Positions 14,581 through 26,235 of a stretch of 64,000 nt of DNA are shown piece by piece (position 1 is the stretch's first letter; the number at the start of each line of letters is the position of its first letter). The notes under the pieces were generated by a model that saw only the letters and a program-made list of their open reading frames with translations, made no database searches and was not told where the DNA came from. Both the position numbers and the translations under genes were made by a program. The stretch is from assembly GCF_009914755.1 (NCBI RefSeq), contig NC_060948.1. One strand, written 5' to 3'. Source of the stretch: the human T2T-CHM13v2.0 reference genome, Homo sapiens.

Positions 14581-15089
14581 AGACTTCTATACCCAGCAAA
14601 AATATAGATAATTATTATAAGTACCTTAAGTATGTTTCTTCTCTGTCTTTTTGCTTACGTTGTTGGTGACAAGAAACCAAAGTTATTCTTATCTTTGTTC
14701 TCCTATATATAATGTGTTTTTCCCTCTGGCTGATATTTAGAGTTCGTCATTATCACTAGTTTTGAGCAATTTGATTATGATGTGTCTTGGCAAAGGTTTT
14801 GTCAGCTTTCTTGTGCTTAGAGTTGGATGAGATTCCTTAATCCATAGGCTGATAGATTTGTAAAGTTTTTCAAAAATTTCTGGCCACTATGTCAAGTATT
14901 TCTCTGCATGTGTGTCCTCTCCCCTTTCCTTTCCTTTGAGTATCCCAGTTACTCACATATTAGGATACTTGAAGTTGTCCCACAATTCACTGATGCTCTT
15001 TTCATTTTTTTTTCTTCTGTGTGTCTCATTTTAGATAGTTTCCCTTGCTACTCATTCAAATGCTATAAACTTTTGTGTGGGCATCTCTG

Positions 15090-15370
15090 TTTGTGAGATG
15101 GAGTCTACCTCTGTCACCCAGTGTGGAGTGCAGTAGCATAATCTCAGCTCACTGCAACTTCTTCCTCCTGGGTTCAATTGATTCTCCTCCCTCAGCCTCC
15201 CGAGTAGTTGGGACTACCTGCCTCCACACCCGGCTAAATTTTGTATTTTTAGTAGAGATGGGGTTTGACCATGTTGGCCAGGCTGGTCTCAAACTCCTGA
15301 CATCAAGTAGTCTGCTTGCCTAACCTCCCAAAGTACTGAGATTACAGGCAGCTGCCACAGTGACCATCCC
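15090..15370 (-). mobile_element. Alu (AluS-type), antisense
   Basis: GAGATGGAGTCT...GTGCAGTAGCATAATCTCAGCTCACTGCAAC...GTAGAGATGGGGTTTGACCATGTTGGCCAGGCTGG. Confidence 0.9.
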
Positions 15371-15783
15371 AAATGCTATAAGCTTTGAATTGCCAGATGT
15401 GAATTTTACTACTTTGGGGGTTGGGTTTTTTATTTCTATAAAAGTTCTTAAGTTTTATTTTGGGCTTCAGTTATGTAATTTTGAATGAGATTGATCTTGA
15501 GTCTTGCTTTTCAGGTTTGTTAGGCAGCACTTGATTAGAGTTCAGGCTGTTGCTAATCATTTTTTCCTTATTAAAGTAAGACCAACCTCAAAAGTTTATG
15601 CAATGTTTCATGTATTTAGGGATTTTTTTTTCCTTCTGGCTGGTGAAAAAGGGCATCATTTACATCCTTCTGTGAACCTTAAGCAGTGTTCTGGTTCTTT
15701 TGGATATTTACATCTTCATCCTTGCATACGTTTTTCATATCCATCCTGCTGTTGGTGAAATACTCAACAGGCACACTCTGTAG

Positions 15784-15786
<3 letters not shown>

Positions 15787-15822
<36 letters not shown>
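15787..15822. repeat. Poly(T)36 homopolymer
   Basis: Direct count. Confidence 0.95.
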
Positions 15823-15827
<5 letters not shown>

Positions 15828-16394
15828 TGAGGTTCTCTGTATATCTGTCTTCTCTCCTGTAACCCTGACCTTTAAATTCTAGCTGCCTTGCTCTCTCTAA
15901 ACTCTTAGGTTGATTGCTTCAAGTCATTACTTCTGTGTAAGTTCCCCTCCTCGTACCATTGCCTGGAATCTCTCTCAATGTGGAAGCTATGCAATCACCT
16001 AATCAGCTAATAAACTCACCTCATTTATTAGCTCTCTTCTGGAATCACTTATCTATTGATTGATATCAATCAACAATGGTCTTAAAAACCATTGTTTCAC
16101 ATATTGTCTTTGTTTCTTTCTGATGGGAAGATAATTACCTGTTTACCCCCTCTTAACCAAAAATGCTAGTTTTATATTAACTTTCTACATCTAAACTTAT
16201 ATAAATCCCAATGAAGAAGACATTTTTACAGTGTTTGATTTGAATATGAGAAATATGAATTTTGTATATTTGAGTTTTTTTATACCAATAATCTTGCCAC
16301 CCAGCTACTTTCTCAAATGCAAAAGCACATTAACTACTGCCATCAATCCAAGTTCTCACTGGTTTATCTATAATGCAGAAACAATACGGAGCCA

Positions 16395-16610
16395 TGGTCA
16401 CGCAGCCAGACTCTTGTTTGTATCATGGTTCCAAAACTCATCTGTTGTCTTCAATTGCGCAAGTTACCAATGCTTGTCATGCTGCCATTTTCTTATGCAT
16501 AATGTAGGGCTGACAATAGTACTGCATTATTGAGTCATTTTGAGGAATAAATGAGTTGGTATTTGTAAGAACCTTAAAACACTTCCTGGCATATAATAAG
16601 TATCACATGT
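16395..16610 (+). mobile_element. MIR SINE
   Basis: ...GCAAGTTAC...TTTTGAGGAATAAATGAG...GTAAGAACCTTAAAACACTTCCTGGCATATAATAAGTA. Confidence 0.65.
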
Positions 16611-17496
16611 GTTTGAAAAAAAATGACAAATCTAAAAACGAATTATAAATGATGGAGTGGAAAATGTGCAAGTATTATCTGTGATTTCAGGAACCATTAT
16701 GTAGACAAATAGCTCTCTCATTCCAGTTGTAATGGTTTTATCAATAAGTTTTGCTTAAATCTTTAATAGCATTATATCACATCAGTATTTTTAAATGCAT
16801 CATCCTGACAAGATTGAAATTAAATCATTACTCTCATTTTTAATTCAGAATTCTAATGATACTTGCTACTAAATACATACAGAGTATTTATCATCCCTCC
16901 AGCTACTTACTAACAAAAGAAAAGAGCTTTTTTTTCCCAGAGGAAAAACATAAACATGTACTTAAAGGGAAAATGTTAAATGGTCTGATAGAGGAATAAG
17001 GTCAGTGTCCAGAAATGAATACATCTAGTGAATTTAGGGGAAGGCATTTCTTAACATCCCCTCTTTGAAACTGGATGTGTATCAGATATTTCCCTGGAGG
17101 GTAGGACAAAGATGTGAGAATTTTCGAATGCACCAAATGAAGAACTAGGAGTAGAATTCTGATTATACAATCACTTTCTGCCTTGAAACCTTTTGCATAT
17201 AAATGTTCATGTTGCCACTTTCACCATACTATAATTCCAATTTAAAAGTTACAACCTAAAATCATCCAGATGTAGCTATCTTACGGATTTAAAAGAGACA
17301 TGAGTTTTAGTAAACTCTCTCTGAGGATCAGAAGTGGACACGTGAGTTGGAAAAACATGGTCCTATCACAGGACATTTATTTGGTCATTTTTGTATTGTT
17401 CAGGTTCTGAAAGGTCACCTGACTCAGAGCAAGAAAATATGGGTTCAATTCAGTTTCAATTCACCCATATCAAATGGTGAGATCCTGGTCATGACA

Positions 17497-17694
17497 GGGG
17501 TCAAATCATAGCTCACTGATGCCTCCAAGTCCTGGGCTCAGGAGATCTTCCCACCTTAGCTTCCCAGATAGCTGGGACTATAGGTGCACAACCATGCCCA
17601 GCTAACTTCTAAAAAGTTTTGTAGAGTTGCAGTCACCCTGTGCTGCCCAGGCTGGTCTCAAACTCTTGGCCTTCAGTAACCCTCCTGCCTCAGC
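17497..17694 (-). mobile_element. AluJ fragment, antisense
   Basis: ATCATAGCTCACTGATGCCTCCAAGTCCTGGGCTCAGG (J-type). Confidence 0.85.
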
Positions 17695-18414
17695 TAAAAA
17701 TGTGCCTTTTTAACAAATACCTGGGACATCATTATCTATCTATTTGGGGACTAGAGGGCTTAGAAACTACTCTTTTCTGTTATTGTGTCCAGTTGGTTAC
17801 TCACAGTCTTCTTTTTTTCTTTTTCTTTTTCTATTGTGCAAAAATTAATTAACAATTAGATATTCTCAGATCTTCCTCTTGATACAAATTACCAGTATGT
17901 ACTTATGTACATTGTAGGAGGAAAAAAAGGCAAAGAGAAAAGAAATTACTTCAGTCTACAGATAAACCTTCCTTTGCTTTAGAAATACATAACTTTGTAG
18001 CTGAGCTTATGTGTGAAAGAACATCTAAGAAAATTTTAACAGAATTTGTAGCCATTTAACAAAAAACATGCTCCAGATTTGATTACATATTAATGCTAAT
18101 CAATGTCATCAGCTTCAACATACTATTTTAGTGTTAAAATGTCTCATCTTTAATTAAGAAATTTAGTGTGACATAAGGTACCATGAAGGACAGTAAATTC
18201 CTGTACCTGCTGACTCCAGGGAATTCTGAACAGGGCATGGGGCCAGGATATTGCCCTGGTGATCTGTCCTGGCCAGGGCCTACCCGAATCCATTCAGCTG
18301 GATAAGTACAAACAGCCAGTCCTCATCGAAACTGATTGTCTAGAGTTTTGTTCCTTTACAGAAACAGGAGTTTTCACATAAGGGGACAGAAACCACTCAT
18401 CAGATATCTAAACT

Positions 18415-18660
18415 CTATTAGTTTTTTACTGCCTCTGTAAAAAAGCACCATCCATTTATTTGCCAGCTTAAAACAACACAAATTTATTATCTTACAGCCT
18501 TCAGGTCAAAATTCTGACATGGTATCACTGAGTTAAAATGAAGATGTTTGTGGGATATCTTTCATTTTGAAGTCTCTGGGGAAAATTTATTCTTTGGTTT
18601 GTCCCAATATCTAGAGGGTACCCTCATTCCTTGGCTCATAGCCTCCTATCTACATTTCCA
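18415..18660 (-). mobile_element. MLT1 (MaLR) LTR fragment
   Basis: GCTTAAAACAACACAAATTTATTATCTTACAG... typical antisense MLT1 3' part. Confidence 0.65.
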
Positions 18661-19417
18661 TACAATGCTTCATTCTCTCTTCCTCTCCTTCCCCTTCCTT
18701 TCTCCTTTTTTTCTTCTTTTCTCTCTTCTGTTCCTTCAAGGTAACTTCAACTCCAAACACAGATAATATGCTCAACCCATTTTTATTGGATGAATAAATC
18801 AGTCAGGACTACCCAGCAAAATCCAATATGTTTCACATTTTTGGATCCAGTCATGTCTCCCAAAAGCATGCCCTTACATGGCAAATAATAAGCACATAAT
18901 TCAAATCCTATGATAATGCCATGATGCATTCTTTGGGGTTTATGATTATTTAACTCCCTCTTTGGTCACGCAGAACCAACTCTGGCATCATTGTGAATTT
19001 TGTGATAGAATCATAGGCATAAAATTTCAGAACCAGAGGCAACTTTGGAGTCAGCCGGTAGAGATTTCAATCTTTGTAAAAAGAAAACACAAGGCCTCAC
19101 AGTAACTGGCCTGAATGAAGATACCGCCATGGTGCAGAGAGCCCAAGGACTAAAGTTCATTCACCTGAAATGTACTCCAATATTTTTTCCATTACCTGAC
19201 AGCTATTTGCCCTCTCCCCAAACTTCTACTTCTCCTATATATTCCTAAGTGCAATTTAAGAAAAAATGCTCTTACCTCTAGTGTTGATTGGAGTGGAAAC
19301 TGTCACAACTTCTTGGGAAAGCATTTAGGCCTGTGCTTCAGCAACTGTGAAAATCTTCATAGCCAAAATTCTACATGCATTAAGGGGTCCATTTTCATAA
19401 TTTCAAACATCACAGAT

Positions 19418-19776
19418 TGATATGGTTTGGCTGTGTTCCCACCCAAATCTCATCCTACATTGTAGCTCCCATAATTCCTACGTGTTGTGGGAGGGACTTG
19501 GTGGGACATAACTGAATCATGGGGGAAGTTTCTCCCATATAGTTCTGTGGTAGTGGATAAGTCTCACAATATCTGATTATTTGATAAGAGAAACCCCTTC
19601 CACTTGGCTCTCATTCTCTCTTCTTGCCTGCCAATATGTAAGACATCCCTTGCTCGTCTACCATGATTGTGAGGCCTCCCCAACCATGCGGAACTGTGAG
19701 TCAATTAAACCTTTCCTTTATAAATTACCCAGTCTTGGCTATGTCTTTATTAACAGTGTAAGAACAGACTAATACA
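19418..19776 (+). mobile_element. THE1D-like solo LTR (ERVL-MaLR)
   Basis: TGATATGGTTTGGCTGTGTTCCCACCCAAATCTCATC ... AGAACAGACTAATACA. Confidence 0.9.
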
Positions 19777-20521
19777 GTTCATCTGCTAATACAGTTCATT
19801 TAGGAGATGAACTGTCTGTTCATCTCCTAAACACACCTGATATCATAGACATGCATAACCAGGGCACTGTGACATCATCGTGGCCTGGGGCTTGTACCAG
19901 TTGGGAGGTCAGAGATGCATCCAAGCCTTGGCCCATCCCCAGCCCAGAGGAAAGTTAAGGAAGGACAGATGCCAGCTCACCTTACCTGTGATATGTTAGA
20001 GGAAATTATAATTAAGATACAAGAAGTATCTCCCACCCCATTCCTACAACTGCTAGTTGATGTTGGAGCTCAAATGGGGGCACAGGAATGGAGAGATATT
20101 ACTACAGACAGCTATTTATGGGTGAGGATGGGAAACAGAACTTGAAACAGACAGTTTGACTCAACTCCTGGGTCAATTTTGATCTCAAATGAGGCCACCC
20201 CCTTGTGCATCTTTGTGGGCAGTGGGGAAAGAGCAGGGAGATGGAATGAAGGGGCTGAAACTGGAAAGCTCTTTAACTCTAGAAAACAGACTCATTATGG
20301 TGACGTTCCTTCTCCTCACAAAGTTCATCTCTGCATAAGTGTTTCATACATTTGTCATAATTAATTAACACAAACTGTTACACTATCATTAACCAATGTC
20401 TGTATATTATTTAGAGTTCCTTCCTTTATGCATAACATTCTTTTTCTGTTCCAGGGTCTCTTTCAGGGTACCCTACATCTTTAATCATCTTGTCATCTTA
20501 GGTTACTTTCAACTGTGGCAG

Positions 20522-22075
20522 TGAGAGGTGACAGCGTGCTGGCAGTCCTCAGAGCCCTCGCTTGCTCTCGGCACCTCCCCTGCCTGGGCTCCCACTTTGG
20601 TGGCATTTGAGGAGCCCTTCAGTCCCCCACTGCACTGTGGGAGCCCCTTTCTGGGCTGGCCAAGGCCGGAGCCCACTCCCTCAGCTTGCAGGGAGGTGTG
20701 GAGGGAGAGACAGGAGCGGGAACCGGGGCTGCGTGCGGCGCTTGTGAGCCAGCTGGAGTTCCGGGTGGGCGTGGGCTTGGTGGGCCCTGCACTCGGAGCA
20801 GCCAGCCAGCCCTGCTGGCCCCGGGCAATGGGGGACTTAGCACCGAGGCCAGTGGCTGCGGAGGGTGTACTGGGTCCCCCAGAAGTGCCGGCCCACCTGC
20901 GCTGAGCTAGATTTCTCGCCGGGCCTTGGCTGCCTTCCCACTGGGCAGGTCTCGGGACCTGCAGCCCGCCATGCCTGAGCCTCCCACCCCCTCCGTGGAC
21001 TCCTGTGCGGCCGGAGCATCCCCGACGAGCGCCACCCCCTGCTCCACGGTGCCCACTCCCATCGACCACCCAAGGGCTGAGCAATGCGAGCGCACGGCGC
21101 AGGACTGGCAGGCAGCTCCACCTGCAGCCCCGGTGCGGGATCCACTAGGTGAAGCTAGCTGGGCTCCTGAGTCTGATGGGGATGTGGAGAGCCTTTATAT
21201 CTAGCTCAGGGATTGTAAATACACCAATCAGCACCCTGTGTTTAGCTCAAGGTTTGTGAGTGCACCAATCGACACTCTGTATCTACCTGCTCTGGTGAGG
21301 ACGTGGAGAACCTTTATGTCTAGCTCAAGGGTTGTAAATACACCAATCGGCACTCTGTATCTAGCTCAAGGTTTGTAAACACACCAATCAGCACCCTGTG
21401 TTTAGCTCAAGGTTTGTGAGTGCACCAATTGACACTCTGTATCTAGCTGCTCTGGTGGGGCCTTGGAGAACCTGTGTGTGGAAACTCTGTATCTAACTAA
21501 TCTGATGGGGACGTGGAGAACCTTTGTATCTCGCTCAGGGATTGTAAACACGCCAATCAGCACCCTGACAAAACAGGCCACTGGGCTCTACCAATCAGCA
21601 GGATGTGGATGGGGCCAGATAAGAGAATAAAAGCAGGCTGCCCGAGCCAGCATTGGCAACTCGCTCCGGTCCTCTTCCACACTGTGGAAGCTTAGTTTTT
21701 TCGCTCTTTGCAATAAATCTTGCTACTGCTCACTCTTTGGGTCCACGCTGCTTTTGTGAGCTGTAACACTCACCGTGAAGAAGATCTGCAGCTTCACTCC
21801 TGAGCCCAGCGAGACCACGAGCCCACCGGGAGAAACGAACAACTCCAGACGCACTGCCTTAAGAGCTGTAACACTCACCGCCAAGGTCTGCAGCTTCACT
21901 CCTGAGCCAGCGAGACCACGAAGCGCCACTAGAAGGAAGAAACTCCAAACACATCTGAACATCAAAAGGGACAGACTCCAGACGCGCCACCTTAAGAGCT
22001 GTAACATTCACCGCGAGGGTCCACGGCTTCATTCTTGAAGTCAGTGAGACCAAGAACCCACCAATTCCGGACACA
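20522..22075 (+). mobile_element. LTR12C solo LTR (ERV9), full length, inserted into an old antisense L1M
   Basis: TGAGAGGTGACAGCGTGCTGGCAGTCCTC start; CCAATTCCGGACACA end; 1554 bp; perfect 4-bp TSD GCAG at 20518-20521 and 22076-22079; CpG-rich 5' U3, CCAAT repeat array, U5 tandem repeats. Confidence 0.97.
21200..21720 (+). promoter_or_regulatory. LTR12C U3 enhancer/promoter: 7 CCAAT (NF-Y) boxes, GATA site, AATAAAA TATA-like box, poly(A) signal
   Basis: CCAAT at 21224, 21265, 21343, 21384, 21425, 21553 and 21591; AGATAA 21617; AATAAAA 21626; AATAAA 21712; activity itself is not shown by sequence. Confidence 0.75.
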
Positions 22076-22804
22076 GCAGTTTCTCAGACTTTCCTTGTTT
22101 TAGACGATGTTTATGGCTTTGAAGAGTAAAGCCTAAGGTGTTTTTTTTTTTTGTAGAATGACAGTTAATTGCAATTTTTCTGATGGATTTCTCATGTTTA
22201 GTCTAGGGTTATAGGTTTTTGAAAGAAAGACTGAGGTAAAGTACCGTATTAATCACATCCTAGCAAGGGAGCATCCCACCAACATCACATGTTTCTGTTG
22301 ATCTTGACGGTGATCACCCAGTGGAGGGAGTATTTGTCAGGTTTCTCCACTACAGTTACCACTTGTTGTCATGTAAAAATATATTTAATACATACAGACA
22401 TGTGCAAAGAAAGAATTAAATTGCCTGTAATTGCACCACTGTAATCTATTGGGCATACATCTTTATAGATATATTTGTACCTGTATCTATATCCGTATCT
22501 GTGTATCTAGAGACAGGTTTACATATACAAAGTCATTTTGACTTGTTGTATTAATTCATGTATTACACCAGTGGCCTCGTCTGTCATTAGTTATCCTGGA
22601 ACAATATCATGAAATAGCTGCATTGAGTTTCAACTCCTTTTAGTTTTACCCCAATTCTCCATTTGGGGCATTCATTTTCTGTCCATCTCTTCACTGTGAA
22701 TAAACAAACTTGGAAAAACATACAATTATATCATTCCACACATAGGTTAGTGACTGTATAACTTATATTTCTGGGAATGGAATTGCCAAGTCAAAGGGTA
22801 TTCA

Positions 22805-23530
22805 TTGACCATTATTACAAGGTGAAAAAATAACGTGTTGGTAACACTATGGAGAAGAAGGAACGCCTATACACGTTGTTGGGAATGTAAATTAGTTTAG
22901 CTACTGTGGAAAGCAGTTTAGAGATTTCTCCAATAACTTAAATAGAATGACCATTCATCGCAGCAATCCCATTACTGGGTATATACCCAAAGGAAAGCAA
23001 ATAATTCTGTCAAAAAGACACATAAACTGTTATGTTCATCATATCAGAATTCACAATAGCAATGACATGAAATCAACCTAAAAACCCATCAGTGGTGGAC
23101 TGGATAAAGAAAAGGTGGTACATATGCACCTTATGTATACTACACAGACACAAAAATAATAAAATCATGTTACTTGCAGCAACACGGATTCAGCCTACGT
23201 GAATCACATGGATTCAATCCTGAGTGAGTTAATGCAGAAACAGACAACCAAATACCCAAATACTTCATGTTCTCACTTATAAGTGGCAGCTAAACATCAG
23301 TACTCATGGACTTAAAAATGGAAACAGTAGACACTGGAGACTAGTAGAATGGGGAGAAAGAGAGGGTGGCAAAGTTTAGAAAAGTACCTGTTGGGTGCTA
23401 TGCTCACTACTTGGTTGACGGGATCACCTGTGCCACAAACCCCAGTGTCGCACAATATACTCAGGTAAAAACCTGCACACCTACTCCCTGAATCTAAATT
23501 TTAAAAAACTAAAATTAAAATTAAAAACCA
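22805..23530 (+). mobile_element. L1PB/late L1PA 3' end
   Basis: CAGCAATCCCATTACTGGGTATATACCCAAAGGAA...ATGTTCTCACTTATAAGTGG...ACCTGCACACCTACTCCCTGAATCTAAA. Confidence 0.85.
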
Positions 23531-24029
23531 AAGTCTATTTGTATGTGTAAAGCCTTTCCTGTATGTTGCTGTATTTTTTTCAGAAACTTATAGCATTTTA
23601 TCTCCCACCAGAAAACATGGATTGTCATTTACTTCCCTCGAATATCACTAATATTTAACATTTTCCATTGGAGTTGGAAAACATTTTCACTTTTATTAAG
23701 AGCACAATGACGAGGCCAACAGGGTTACTGATGTCCAGTTCCTAAGTTTACTCTCTGCTCTGCATCTCTCCTGTACCTTTCTTTAATAGCTTCTCTATCA
23801 ATACCATGAGCTCCAGTCCCTGCAGAATGCAGTGGTCTCTTGAATGAATGCTTCATGACCTTTTGTTCTTCCCAGCATTTGCAAGTACTGTGCCCTTGGT
23901 CTGGCATGTTCTTATCCAACCTTTGCTACTTACCCTTTTCTTACTCCAGTTTCTTGATGCAGTTTGGATTTTGCTTTCTTGTCTTGGCTGTTTCATCTTA
24001 TGCATCAACATTCCTAGGATTACGGTGCC

Positions 24030-24815
24030 TTCCTGTTTTGTCAAAGACCAGTTTTGCGATGATGCTGTGAAGGTATTATGTAGGTATGATTAACATGTAC
24101 AATTAATATGTTTTGAAAAAGCAGAATGCCCTCTGTGATGTATGAGTGTCTTAGTCCACTTGAACTGCTATTACACAAAATACCATAGACTAGGAGATTT
24201 ATACCATAGACTAGGAAATTTTACTCATAGTTCTAGAGGCTGGGAGCCCAAGATCAAGGTGTGGCAGATTCCGTGTCTGGCGAGGGCTCTCCTTGGTTCA
24301 TGGATGGGAACTTCTTGCTGTGTCCATACATGGTGAAAGGAGTGAGGAAGCTCTTTGTGGTTTCTTTCATAAAAGCACTAATCCCATTCCTGTGGGCTCT
24401 ACCCTCATCACTTCATCACCTCCAAAGACCTCAACTCCTAACATCATCACCTGGGGAATTAAAATTTAGAAGTATGGATTTTGTAGGGAACATGCATGTT
24501 AATTCTTAAACAGAGGACTTAATGCAACATTAAGGGCTTTAAAAGTAAAAACTGAGGATACACCAAGAAGGACTTCTGCCTCCAGCCTGCAACATAGAAG
24601 TCCTACCTACATTTCAAGCTTTCAGACTTAAGACTGCAATACCATCACTTACCTGAAACTCCAATCTGTAATCCTACAGATGTCCAAAGTGCTAATCCCC
24701 ATAATGACATCAGCCTATTCCTAAAACCAATCTCTCTCCTTCAGTGAATGTGAATGTGTGTGTGTATATATATATGTTCTGTTTCTCTGATTAGCCCTGA
24801 TTAACATGACTAATA
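24030..24815 (+). mobile_element. MLT2 LTR (ERVL) interrupted by an antisense MLT1A (~24147-24500)
   Basis: GCTGTGAAGGTATTATGTAGGTATGATTAACAT...; insert starts TGTCTTAGTCCACTTGAACTGCTATTACACAAAATACCATAGACT; MLT2 resumes and ends ...TTCTGTTTCTCTGATTAGCCCTGATTAA. Confidence 0.65.
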
Positions 24816-25012
24816 TACCTTATAAACTGTAAACTTTCTGTAATATCACCCTAGCATTTGATTTAGGCACAGCAAAAAAGCAAAGAATAAAAAGAATTGC
24901 CAACTTCACCATTTTTCTTGACCGGCTCAACCTGCAGATCAGAATGACAGAGGGCAATTCTGGGGTCACTCATCATGTATTTTAATGATTTTTTCAAAGA
25001 AAATTTGTTCTT

Positions 25013-25296
25013 AGGGCAGGTTTAGTGGCTCATACCTGTAATCCGAGTACTTTAGGAGGCCAAGATGGGAGAATAACTTGAGGCCAGGGGTTTGAGACTA
25101 GCCTGAGCAGCACAGTGAAACCCCATCTCTTCAAAACATGCAAAAAGTGAGCAGGGCATGGTGGTACATGCCTGTAGTCTCAGCTACTCAATAGGCTGTG
25201 GTGGGAGGATCACTTGAACATGGGAAGTTGAAGCTGCAGTGATTTGAGATTGTGTCACTTCACTCCAGCCTAAGCAACAAAGTGAGATTCTGTCGC
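25013..25296 (+). mobile_element. AluJ
   Basis: Diverged two-arm Alu with GGAGGATCACTTGA...GAAGCTGCAGTG. Confidence 0.88.
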
Positions 25297-25445
25297 AGGA
25301 AGGGAGGAAGGAAGGAAAGGAGGGAGGGAGGGAGGGAAGGAGGGAGGGGAAGGGAGGGAGGGGAAGGAAGGAAGGAGGGAAGGAAGGAAAGAAGGAAGGA
25401 AGGGAGGGAGGGAGGAAGGAAAGAAGGAAGGAAGGAAGGAGGAAA
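25297..25445. repeat. (GGAA/GGGA)n polypurine tract at the Alu tail
   Basis: About 150 bp of only A and G. Confidence 0.92.
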
Positions 25446-25915
25446 TCACCCCCTGTAAGCAAGTGGGATTTGCACTGGGAGATTATAAAATATGTAATAA
25501 CAAATATTTAGAGTGCACAATGTGCCTACGATTTCACTGGAAACAATCAGCTTATTAGCTGTCTTGAGTGCTTCTTTAAATTGTACTACTGGCTCCCCAA
25601 GTGCTGCCTAAATTATCCAGTTATTTCAATTGTGCCTGAAAAGAATTTGCCCTGTGTTCATGGACAAGGAGCAGAAGCTCTTCTATTGGTATCACAGGAG
25701 ATACATGGGCCAATGTGTTTGACAGCTTGCTGCAAATCATACTTATAGAATTGTCAGTATGCTTGCAGAGCAATTACCTATCTTCCCATAAAACAAACCT
25801 ATGTCATTATATTCATGATACACGTACTGGTGCCACAAAAAAATATTTCCTAGGCCTAACTGTGAAAAATCCCAGCTGGCTTCAGTGTTTCACCCTGTCA
25901 TTTCAGAAGTTTGTG

Positions 25916-26235
25916 AAGCCAAGGCAGGAAAATCACTGTAGTCTGGGAATTTAAGGCCAGCCTGTGCAACATAGTGTGACCCTCATCTCTGCAAAAAATG
26001 TAAAAAAAAAAAATAGCTGGGCATGGTCTCCTTGCCTATTGTTCTAGCTACAGGCTGAGTCAGGAGGATTGCTTGAAGCTGTGAGGTCAAGGCTGCAGTG
26101 AGCCCTGACTACATTACAGCCTGGGCAAAAGAGCAAGACCCCGTCACCAAAAAAAAAAAAAAAAAAAAAAAAGGAAGAAGAAGAAAAAGGAAAAGAAAAA
26201 GAAGAAGGAGAAGGAGAGGAGAAAAGAAAGAGAAA
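25916..26235 (+). mobile_element. AluJ (5'-truncated) with poly(A)/GA-rich tail
   Basis: AGCCTGTGCAACATAGTG...GGAGGATTGCTTGA...GGTCAAGGCTGCAGTGAGC. Confidence 0.85.

Larger units (their letters stand above)
12420..16150 (-). mobile_element. Ancient L1M LINE, antisense, fragmented; interrupted by VNTR, Alu and poly(T)
   Basis: Reverse complement of ~13080-13120 reads ATTGGAAAGGAAGAGTCAAAACTGTCTTATTTGCAGATGAC (degenerate IGKEE.KLSLFADD RT motif); typical T-rich antisense L1 text. Confidence 0.7.

Noticed and set aside
13940-14605. New MITE with 15-bp terminal inverted repeats
   Set aside because: No TSD outside the inverted repeats, and the repeat appears to be host L1 sequence; kept instead as a rearrangement finding.
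13909-14611. ORFs of 172-232 aa in all three + frames (MYIMYTY/ICILCIH repeats)
   Set aside because: Translation of a stop-free AT minisatellite; no coding signature.
21190-22020. Regularly spaced ~40-bp and ~70-bp repeats that superficially resemble a CRISPR array
   Set aside because: These are the standard U3 CCAAT and U5 tandem repeats of ERV9 LTRs; there are no unique spacers and no cas genes, and the DNA is eukaryotic.
20509-22074. Cluster of overlapping ORFs up to 191 aa and an apparent CpG island
   Set aside because: All lie within LTR12C; GC-rich LTR sequence is depleted of stops, and this is not a gene-associated island.
25297-25445. EWS-FLI1-type GGAA microsatellite enhancer
   Set aside because: Uninterrupted GGAA runs are only about 3-4 units long and are broken by GGGA.
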